A DNA stretch of 64,000 nt, taken from positions 5,280,001 through 5,344,000 of the forward strand of contig OZ244561.1 in NCBI GenBank assembly GCA_965217585.1. Direction: 5' to 3'. Both the position numbers and the translations under genes were made by a program. The notes under the pieces were generated by a model that was not told where the DNA came from, did no database searches, and saw only the letters and a list, made by a program, of their open reading frames with translations. Positions 47,579 to 55,788 of this stretch are shown here, piece after piece; the first letter of the stretch is position 1; each line of letters opens with the position of its first letter. Source of the DNA: Candidatus Latescibacterota bacterium. GTDB lineage: Bacteria > Latescibacterota > UBA2968 > UBA8231.

Positions 47579-49603
47579 ATGAAAAAAAAGATCCCTCCAA
47601 TCTTCCAGCACCACCTAAAGACCCGGCTCGGCTCGGACCAGCCCGACGAGAAGACATTAGGTATTACCTTGCGGGCCGTGTTAATAGGTGCCTTTTTGTC
47701 GCTGTTCATCGGCGCGGCCGTACCTTATACCAATATGATCATCAAGGGCACGGTCATGGCCCACAATTTCAGTACACCGGCCGCCCTTTTTGTCTTCTTC
47801 GCATTCGCTTTCCTAATAAACACAGCCTTGGCCCTGCTCGGCCCTAGATTTGCCCTGAGCCGTTCCGAGTTGGCGGTGGTTTACATTATGGCGATGCTAG
47901 CCACCTCCATCCCCACCATTGGTTTCACCGAAAATCTGCTGCCTATCATCGCAGGGCTCTACTACTACGCTACCCCTGAAAATAAGTGGCAGGAGTTGAT
48001 CCACCCGCATGTGCCTAAGTGGATCGCCCCGCAAGATATGGAGGCTATCACTTATTTCTACGAAGGCTTGCCCCAAGGCATGGCCCTGCCTTGGGACGCT
48101 TGGATCGAGCCGCTCTTCTACTGGTGCCTCTTCATCCTGTCATTCTACTGGGTGTCTATATGTATGATGACCATTCTGCGCAAACAATGGGTCGAGTACG
48201 AAAAGCTGCCCTATCCCCTAGTCCAAGTCCCGCTAGAGATGATTCAGGATGAAAAGCGAGAGGCGTACAACACTAATGAGAGACGCTCGCTCGTTAAACC
48301 TTACTTTAGGAACCGGGTCATGTGGGTCGGGTTCGCCGTACCTTTTCTCATAGGTACGGCGAACGCGTTCAGCGGCTATTTCCCTTTTCTGCCGCACATC
48401 GACACCTCTTCCGTGATGCGTCTGTTCAGAGGCAGCACCTACTTGCGTCTCGACCTGAACCTAGGCCTGATCGGTTTCGCCTATCTGCTCAGCCGCGATG
48501 TAGCTCTGGGATTTTGGTTCTTCTTCCTGCTGTCGACTGTGCAACGGGGAGTCTTCAATGTCTTGGGTATACAAAGTACGGAGACTTTGAGCCGATTTGC
48601 CAATTCGGTTGGCCCTTATCTGGCTCACCAAGCCATGGGTGCCATGATCGTGCTGGTCCTATCCAGCGCGTGGATGGCCCGCCGGCATCTGCACGCAGTC
48701 TATCGCAAGGTATTCAACCACGACCCGTCCATCGACGATAGCGACGAAATTATCTCCTATCGCACTGCGGTCTGGGGCCTGCTCGTGGGGCTGGGGGTGA
48801 TGGGGACTTGGTTGTGGCAGTCCGGGTTACCGCTGTGGGTTGTCCCGGTCTTTCTATTCGGAATGACAGCGATCTTTATCGCCATCACCAGAGCGGTGGC
48901 GGAAGGCGGAATTTCCGTGATTCGCACGCCCTTGACCCCCGCCGACTTTGTGATTTCTGGAGTGGGTACCAGCGCACTGGGTGCCTCTGGTCTGACCGGG
49001 CTGGCCTTCACCTATGTGTGGAGCGCCAATATACGCATCTTTTTTATGCCCTGTTTTGCCAATGCGCTGAGACTGGCCGAGGAGATTCGCGGCAGTAAAA
49101 GAGGCCTGCTGTGGGCGATTTTCTTGGCTATAGCCGTCACTCTGCTCAGCTCGGTGTGGTCTGTCATGACCCTGTCCTATAAGTACGGCGGGATCAACCT
49201 CCACGAGTTCTGGTTCGTGGGAGTGCCGCGCAATGCATTCAATTTTATCGCCCCTAAATTCGTTGATCCGGTCCCGGCTAGCACATCTGGTTGGGTCTTC
49301 ACGGCTTTGGGCGCAGTACTCATGGGCTTGTTGACTTATATCCGCTACCACTTTGTGTGGTGGCCGATCCATCCATTGGGCTTTGCCACTGGTACGTTCA
49401 ACATTATGAACTGGGTGTGGTTCAGTATCTTTACCGCTTGGGTGTTGAAGATCGTCATACTCAAGTACGGCGGCTCCGCAGGGTACTTGAAGACACGGCC
49501 GTTTTTTCTTGGTCTAATTTTGGGCCAAGTTGTAGTGGCCGGTTTGTGGCTGGTCATTGACGCCTGCACCGGAAAGACCGGGAATGTATTAGGGTATTTT
49601 TGA
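47579..49603 (+). CDS. DUF6785/DUF6784-like membrane protein (paralog 3 of 4)
   Basis: ITLRAVLIG, YYATPENKW, LRKQWVEYEKLPYPLVQVP, RAVAEGG, WWPIHPLGF, PFFLGLILG. Confidence 0.75.
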   Translation: MKKKIPPIFQHHLKTRLGSDQPDEKTLGITLRAVLIGAFLSLFIGAAVPYTNMIIKGTVMAHNFSTPAALFVFFAFAFLINTALALLGPRFALSRSELAVVYIMAMLATSIPTIGFTENLLPIIAGLYYYATPENKWQELIHPHVPKWIAPQDMEAITYFYEGLPQGMALPWDAWIEPLFYWCLFILSFYWVSICMMTILRKQWVEYEKLPYPLVQVPLEMIQDEKREAYNTNERRSLVKPYFRNRVMWVGFAVPFLIGTANAFSGYFPFLPHIDTSSVMRLFRGSTYLRLDLNLGLIGFAYLLSRDVALGFWFFFLLSTVQRGVFNVLGIQSTETLSRFANSVGPYLAHQAMGAMIVLVLSSAWMARRHLHAVYRKVFNHDPSIDDSDEIISYRTAVWGLLVGLGVMGTWLWQSGLPLWVVPVFLFGMTAIFIAITRAVAEGGISVIRTPLTPADFVISGVGTSALGASGLTGLAFTYVWSANIRIFFMPCFANALRLAEEIRGSKRGLLWAIFLAIAVTLLSSVWSVMTLSYKYGGINLHEFWFVGVPRNAFNFIAPKFVDPVPASTSGWVFTALGAVLMGLLTYIRYHFVWWPIHPLGFATGTFNIMNWVWFSIFTAWVLKIVILKYGGSAGYLKTRPFFLGLILGQVVVAGLWLVIDACTGKTGNVLGYF

Positions 49604-49615
49604 GAAGGTAAGAAG

Positions 49616-51571
49616 GTGCGTAACAGCAATTCATTAGATGGCTCCAAGCCCCCTCGGATCACCGTACGTGCCCTGATTCTGGGGGGGCTGACCATTGTCG
49701 CTGTATTCTCCTACCTCATCCTCGAGGTCGGACAAGCATCGGGGTCGGGGAGCTATGTCCGCTCGCAGTTCCCCATGGTGGCCTTTATGCCCTTCGTGCT
49801 GTGGCTGTTTCTCAACGCCGCCTGCGGGCACTTGTGGCCCCGGCTAGCCCTAAACCGAGGGGAACTGCTGACCATTTTCACCATGCTCTGGGTGGTGGGT
49901 GCTCTGCCGCAGTGGGGCTGGAGCGACTACTGGATTGCCATTATCGGAGCGCCCTTCTACATGGCCACACCTGAAAACCAGTGGTCGGACCTGCTCTTTC
50001 CCTATTTGCCTTGGCGCGTTTTTCCCGACTCCTCTCCTCGGGTGCTAGATACTTTCTGGATGGGTCTGCCTCAGGGGGCGGCGGTGCCGTGGGATGGCTG
50101 GGTCGGGGCAATTATCCAGTGGATGGGGGCCTCGCTGGGTATGGTGGTATTCGGCTTTTGCTTGGTGGTGCTATTCCAGCGCCAGTGGATGGAAGCCGAA
50201 AAACTCACCTTCCCGCTGGCGCAGATGCCCCTCGATCTGACGCGGGGCTTCGACGGGCCGCGACGGGTGCCCGACCTGTTCCGCTCGGGTCTGTTCTGGA
50301 TCGGCTGCGGGGTTGTCTTATTGCCTCTACTCTACAATATCGGCGCATACTTCACGCCGGGCTTGCCGCTGTTTGAACTCTATACCAAACGCTTCTACCT
50401 CGAATTGCCCCGCCCTTTCTCGGGTCTGACCATCCGCGTTCTGCCTTTGGTTATGGCTTTGACCTATCTATGTCCGCTGGATATCCTGGGCAGCCTAGTC
50501 GTCTTCGCTCTGCTGGCTACGGTCAAAATAGGGCTGATGGATCGGGTGGGACTAGTCGTAGGTGCGGAGGGGCAGCCTTTGGCGCCGCAGGCGATCCTCT
50601 CGCTGGAAAGCCTGGGGGCCATCGTCTTTGTGGCCTGCTGGTCTGTGTACTTAGCCCGCCGGCACTTGCGAGAAGTGTGGCGACAGGTACGCACCGGGGA
50701 GGGGGACCGGCGCCAAGTCGGGATCTATCGCTTGGCCTTGGTCGGTCTGATCCTGTCGGCCCTCTATGTCATCGCTTGGGCTTGCAGTCTGGGGGCGAGT
50801 TTGCCGCTGGCCACCGGTGCCTTTGTCCTGATGGTATCGACCTTTTTCGTCACCATCAAACTCATTGCGGCCACGGGCTTTCCGTACCTCATGCCCAGTT
50901 GGTCCAATGCCAAGGGGAGTTCTTTCATCGTCGATTTGGTGGGCTCGGCCCGCCTGTCGCCGCAGGACCTGGTCGCCTTCAAGATGTTCACCGGTCATGC
51001 TTTTTTCGGCAATATCCGCCTGCCGGCTTGGCCCGCCATCCCGCACCATCTGCGCATTTTCTCGTTACGGGATCAGCCGTGGCTGGTGACCGCTACGGTG
51101 CTAGTCGCCTTTGCAGCGGGTTTTCTAACCGCGGTATGGGCCAGCCTCGAGATGGCCTATGACAAAGGGGGGGCCGTTTTTCTGATGGGTGCGACCGGCC
51201 TCTTAGACGAAACAGTGCATCTGCTGCAAAATCCCAGAGTAGGGGATCCGGGGAAGTGGGGCGTCTGGGGCTGGGGCTTGTTGCAGGCGGGGGGTATAGC
51301 GCTGTTACGGGCTCGCTTTCACTGGTTCTCGCTCCATCCCATTGGGCTGGCCTTTCAGCATACCTCGGGCACATCCATCTATTGGTTCAGCCTGTTTTTG
51401 GTCTGGATAGCTAAACTACTGCTACTGCGCTACGGCGGAGTCAGAGCGTACCGCAAGGGCAAGCCCTTTTTTTACGGCTTGGGCGTGGGCTATGTAATCG
51501 GCGTCGTGCTCTCGGGAGTAGTGGATGTAATCTGGTTTCCTTTGCAGGGCCACAACGTGCATGACTGGTAA
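49616..51571 (+). CDS. DUF6785/DUF6784-like membrane protein (paralog 4 of 4, most divergent)
   Basis: ITVRALILG, GELLTIF, ATPENQW, QRQWMEAEKLTFPLAQMP, WFSLHPIG, LRYGG..Y...PFFYG. Confidence 0.75.
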   Translation: MRNSNSLDGSKPPRITVRALILGGLTIVAVFSYLILEVGQASGSGSYVRSQFPMVAFMPFVLWLFLNAACGHLWPRLALNRGELLTIFTMLWVVGALPQWGWSDYWIAIIGAPFYMATPENQWSDLLFPYLPWRVFPDSSPRVLDTFWMGLPQGAAVPWDGWVGAIIQWMGASLGMVVFGFCLVVLFQRQWMEAEKLTFPLAQMPLDLTRGFDGPRRVPDLFRSGLFWIGCGVVLLPLLYNIGAYFTPGLPLFELYTKRFYLELPRPFSGLTIRVLPLVMALTYLCPLDILGSLVVFALLATVKIGLMDRVGLVVGAEGQPLAPQAILSLESLGAIVFVACWSVYLARRHLREVWRQVRTGEGDRRQVGIYRLALVGLILSALYVIAWACSLGASLPLATGAFVLMVSTFFVTIKLIAATGFPYLMPSWSNAKGSSFIVDLVGSARLSPQDLVAFKMFTGHAFFGNIRLPAWPAIPHHLRIFSLRDQPWLVTATVLVAFAAGFLTAVWASLEMAYDKGGAVFLMGATGLLDETVHLLQNPRVGDPGKWGVWGWGLLQAGGIALLRARFHWFSLHPIGLAFQHTSGTSIYWFSLFLVWIAKLLLLRYGGVRAYRKGKPFFYGLGVGYVIGVVLSGVVDVIWFPLQGHNVHDW

Positions 51572-51580
51572 TACCCATGC

Positions 51581-52870
51581 TCAGGCATTAACTCCGTAGA
51601 CCATCGCCGGATTGTCGCGAAAGGTCGCTTGGGCCACGTCGAGCGCTGTCGACTCGGATAGCAAGCCCTCTTCCAGCAGAGCTCCCAGCGCATAGGCGAA
51701 ATTCCGGCGTGCCATCTGCAAGTGTCCGTAGACCGTCTCGACCTGCTGCAAGTCATCCCCAAAGGCGATGATTTTGTTGTAGGGCACCATCTGGAGCCAC
51801 TCTCGCAGATCTAGCCGAGACCCGAAGGGGGAGATTATGTGGATCCAAGACATATTCAGATAGACATTGGCAAAGGTCTTGCCCAACACGGCACCCTCGC
51901 GCAGATAGGGGAAGCCGGCATGGGAGAGGTCAAAGCGGACTTGAGGAAAGGCCTGCAGCAAGGGGATGAGTGGCACTGGACTACACCCTTCCATACCCCC
52001 ATTGTTGCCAGCTCGCATGCCTAGGTGGAACTGGACAGTCAGGTCAGCTTCCGCAGCGGCCTGGCAGCACTCGAAGACTAGGTAGTCCTCCAGCAGTGCA
52101 CCTTCTGCCGAATCAAGCCCAGCGTAGTCGCCCTGCAACAGACGGTCGAAAATAACAGCGGCTTGGCCGGCGTCCCGCTCTTTGAAGTCCATGCGGCGGT
52201 GGTAGGATTGCGACATTTTGACCCCAGCCACCCGGGCTTCCTTCCAGTCTTGGCACACCTGTCGAATTACTGCGACGTGCTGGCGTAGATCGCCGATGGA
52301 CACATCGTAGTCGCGCTCTATCGCGTGGATTTGCTCAGCCGTGCGGAGCATGCTGAAGCGGTTGAGGCGGGGCAGGGGCAGGAATAAGGTCCGGTCCACC
52401 TCAATCAGATCTTCCATATTGACCACTGACATTGCGAGATTGGCCCGCTGCTGCAGCACCGTTTTGTAGAAGCCCGGTTTGCTATGTGCTTGGATGGCCT
52501 CAGAGAGCGGTTCAACCGTGGCAGCCGTCAGATCGTCGAAGCCGAGCAGATCGCGGAAGCCGGTCAAGATGCACTGGGAGTACCCGGTCAGGCGGATCCG
52601 GTTCCAGTACGGCTCGAACAGACACCACCGCTGGTCCAGCGGGCGTCGAGCGTCGAAAAGGGCCTCTTTATTCTCGGGAGAGAGGCCGGCAACCACCAAG
52701 TCGGCGGTTGGATAGGCGTGGTTGAAAAAGGCGAGAGCGTCTATCTCCTGCGCTAGGCGCTCGGCTTCCGGCCCCATGTGGGAGTGGGAGTTGACACACG
52801 GAATTTTTTCAATTTCTGCAAAGAGAGACTCCACCAATCCCAGATCTGGCGCAGAGACGGTACTTCGCAT
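51581..52870 (-). CDS. Amidohydrolase superfamily metal-dependent hydrolase
   Basis: NSHSH (HxH), GVK, QFHLG, SHAGFPY, NVYLNMSW, KIIAFGDD. Confidence 0.85.
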   Translation of the reverse strand: MRSTVSAPDLGLVESLFAEIEKIPCVNSHSHMGPEAERLAQEIDALAFFNHAYPTADLVVAGLSPENKEALFDARRPLDQRWCLFEPYWNRIRLTGYSQCILTGFRDLLGFDDLTAATVEPLSEAIQAHSKPGFYKTVLQQRANLAMSVVNMEDLIEVDRTLFLPLPRLNRFSMLRTAEQIHAIERDYDVSIGDLRQHVAVIRQVCQDWKEARVAGVKMSQSYHRRMDFKERDAGQAAVIFDRLLQGDYAGLDSAEGALLEDYLVFECCQAAAEADLTVQFHLGMRAGNNGGMEGCSPVPLIPLLQAFPQVRFDLSHAGFPYLREGAVLGKTFANVYLNMSWIHIISPFGSRLDLREWLQMVPYNKIIAFGDDLQQVETVYGHLQMARRNFAYALGALLEEGLLSESTALDVAQATFRDNPAMVYGVNA

Positions 52871-52921
52871 AATAGGTGCTTCCTTCTTTATGGAATCGGG
52901 AGTAGAATCTGCCGCCCGGCA

Positions 52922-55699
52922 TCAATCTTTCAGGCTGGCGTACATCGTCATAAACACGGTACTATCCAGCTGCGACCGGTCATCTCTTTCGACTCGCTCG
53001 CGACTGATTCTACGGATACTGTAGCCGAGTTGGGCCGTAAGCACATAGCCTAGGTACTGCCCCCTGTTCGAAAGTTGCATAGCCAAGACCGTGCTGTTGA
53101 AATCCTCGGTGAATTCACCCGCTGCTAAATCGTCCTCATCAACCACCGAATTCCTGAAGAAGAGTTGTTCTATACCCGTCTCTATGGTCGTTCGCCGCAG
53201 AACGGGGAATTTAAAAGTCAGGAAGAACAAACCAGTCCATTGATCTCGCACAGGGCGCACACCTCCCATAGAATAAGGAGTATTGTCCTTGAGCAATTCG
53301 CTCTTGATCTTCGGTCGCACCGTCAGAGTTTTGTACTGGTACAGATAGTCGGCCTTGTTGATGATCCCGAGGAAACGCGTATCGTCCTTAAAACCTAGAT
53401 TGTTACCTTTCTCCCGCTGCCTCACGGTCTCGTACTTGAATTTATTGGAAAAATTGACCCCGATATTTGTCCGACGGTCCAAACCCAGCCAAAAGGTATT
53501 GATATAGGTATCTTGGGCGAAGAGGGGATCGTCTATTGCTTGGTGCGATCCGGGCAGACCTGGAACTTGTACCCATTGAAAGAGATCGTCCTGAATATTG
53601 TCTTCCGCCTTTTTGATCATGTCGAAGATGCTCACCTGTCCGATCCGGGCGTACTCCTTTTCAAAGCTCACTAGGGCGTACGTGGTCAGATTTTGGCGGT
53701 CGTCCGAAAGGAGCTGTTCGCGGGCCTGCCCGGCGGTGAGTTGCAGGTGCGGAGTTACCTGATTGCGCAGGTACAGGTTGTAGCCCTTGCGATCCCTCTT
53801 GTAAGGATAATCGGGCAGGTTGTCGTTTTCGAACTGGTCGACCCAGCCGTTGTTGTTGAGATCGATACCGAAGAGGTATTCAGGGCGGTCTGAACCATAG
53901 CGCAGGAAGGGTTCCTCGTAGTCAGGGAAGCGGTTCTCACTGAAGATGTTGCTGTTTTGGTTGAAGTCGGAGATGAAATCGTTGTTCTGATCCCAGCCGG
54001 GGAACACCGCCTCGTCGGCGAAACCTTCGGCGGATCTTCCGGTTCTGGTAGCGCGGAATTCCTCTCCGGTCCTAGGATCTTGATAGCGCCGCTTTTGGTC
54101 GGGTTTCTTGTCCTGATCGTCGTTGTCATCGACGAAGTCATAGATGCTCCTGGTCCCGTCTTCGTAATCTATCCGGCCGCTACCGTCCGATATGAAGGGA
54201 CTGGTATTGTAGGCCTCATCCATGTAGAAGCCCTCGACAAAGAGGGACCAAGAGAAGACCGATTTGGACAGATTCATCATCCAGGCTTTGGCGTTTTCGT
54301 CACCGACGAGTCCCGAGTAAGCCCTGTGCGTCTGCACCCGGCGGTTGGGGTATTTTCTGTACTGGTGGTTCACATCGAACTCGGTGTAAAAGTCAAATCC
54401 CAGGAAATCCTGGGCCTCGATCGTGAAGCCCAATAGCTGGTTAGCAGTGGGCAAGCCGTAGTTGAAGACCACTTCGCGCTTATTCGATCCGTCCTGAATA
54501 TTGCCTTCGGCCTGGGCCATCAGCAGAAAGACCGGCTGTCCTTCAAAGTTGGTCTGCTGATCGGAAGTGATCTCGATCCGATAGTCGTTGACTAGGACCA
54601 GTCTGAAGCGGAGATCCCGGATGTTGTTGATGGCATCCTTGTCGTCGAGAATCACGGCTAGGTCGTTCAAGTCGTAACGCAAGGTGATCTGTTCCGTACC
54701 GTTGGCCGTGCGCACGCCTTCTATGATGGTGCCCCCCTGCCTATGGGGTGTGAAGCCGATCTCATTGCCGACTAGCACGGTGTCTCTGTCTCCGATAGCC
54801 GTCGCTATTTCTACATTATCCGCTAGTAGGACGCTCCCCCCGACATCATCGGCCGGTGAGTCGTCGCTCAGCCGGATGACAATAGTACTGATCTGGTTTT
54901 GTAATTGCAGCGAGGTTAATTCCCCTTTGAAGGGATTGCCCTCAAAGCTCTGCACGGTCCCCCGGCCGTTGTGGGAATTGACGAAGACCCCTCCCAAGGT
55001 AATGGCATCACCTAGCCGGACTCTGGTCCGGCCCCCTATCAGGTTGGTGTAGTTGTTGAAAGAGGCCGGATTCGGGTCGGCGATGAAGCCCGGTGCGCTG
55101 ATGCGAGAAAAGATACCAGTTAGCTCGACCACGTCCGACATGAGATCGACTTGGGCACCGTTGTACACAGACTTGCGAAAGGTCATTGGCGTCAGGGTCG
55201 TGACCAGTTCGTCGCCAACGGAAATGGAAAAGGAATATTGACCTTTCTGGTCGGAGGCTACAATCAATGAGCTAAAGAAACCGGCATATGCTCCTCTTTT
55301 CAGCAGACGGCTGCCCTCGGAGATTCTCGGGTGATCCTCGGTCCAGTCGTAGACCAACCATCCTCTGGTCAGGAAATTTCCGTACACATCGTAGAAATAA
55401 TCGCCCCAGAGGCTTTGCGCCACATATCTCTGATAGGGGTTGCCAGCGTAGTTAGTGTACTGCCAAGTCTGCCACTGGTACTCCTGATACAGCTCTTGGG
55501 GCAGATACCGTTTCCGCACCGATGGCTCCACGTTGCCCAGCAGGGTCTTGGGACCCTCAGAGCGATACACCACTGTGCCGTCATTGGCTTGGTGCCCTAA
55601 GCGAGCTCCATAGTTTTGCGCAGCCCATCCAGTAGCGGACGATAAAGCTAGTACGCAGAGTATCCCCACAACATACCACGAGCCGTACCTTTTTAGCAT
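52922..55699 (-). CDS. Large exported putative outer-membrane protein (paralog 2 of 3)
   Basis: RKRYLPQELYQEYQW..WQYTNY, TTLTPMTF.K, LSDDSP, DDNDDQD, FPGWDQNNDFISDFNQN, GIDLNNNGWVDQFEND; terminal strand VFMTMYASL. Confidence 0.7.
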   Translation of the reverse strand: MLKRYGSWYVVGILCVLALSSATGWAAQNYGARLGHQANDGTVVYRSEGPKTLLGNVEPSVRKRYLPQELYQEYQWQTWQYTNYAGNPYQRYVAQSLWGDYFYDVYGNFLTRGWLVYDWTEDHPRISEGSRLLKRGAYAGFFSSLIVASDQKGQYSFSISVGDELVTTLTPMTFRKSVYNGAQVDLMSDVVELTGIFSRISAPGFIADPNPASFNNYTNLIGGRTRVRLGDAITLGGVFVNSHNGRGTVQSFEGNPFKGELTSLQLQNQISTIVIRLSDDSPADDVGGSVLLADNVEIATAIGDRDTVLVGNEIGFTPHRQGGTIIEGVRTANGTEQITLRYDLNDLAVILDDKDAINNIRDLRFRLVLVNDYRIEITSDQQTNFEGQPVFLLMAQAEGNIQDGSNKREVVFNYGLPTANQLLGFTIEAQDFLGFDFYTEFDVNHQYRKYPNRRVQTHRAYSGLVGDENAKAWMMNLSKSVFSWSLFVEGFYMDEAYNTSPFISDGSGRIDYEDGTRSIYDFVDDNDDQDKKPDQKRRYQDPRTGEEFRATRTGRSAEGFADEAVFPGWDQNNDFISDFNQNSNIFSENRFPDYEEPFLRYGSDRPEYLFGIDLNNNGWVDQFENDNLPDYPYKRDRKGYNLYLRNQVTPHLQLTAGQAREQLLSDDRQNLTTYALVSFEKEYARIGQVSIFDMIKKAEDNIQDDLFQWVQVPGLPGSHQAIDDPLFAQDTYINTFWLGLDRRTNIGVNFSNKFKYETVRQREKGNNLGFKDDTRFLGIINKADYLYQYKTLTVRPKIKSELLKDNTPYSMGGVRPVRDQWTGLFFLTFKFPVLRRTTIETGIEQLFFRNSVVDEDDLAAGEFTEDFNSTVLAMQLSNRGQYLGYVLTAQLGYSIRRISRERVERDDRSQLDSTVFMTMYASLKD

Positions 55700-55788
55700 G
55701 GATCCCTCCTATTGGACTGTGCGCAAAAGGACGGAGTGCCCAAGGCAAGATTCTCGCTTGTTCCACAGGTGTAATCAGCGCCTGCCAT

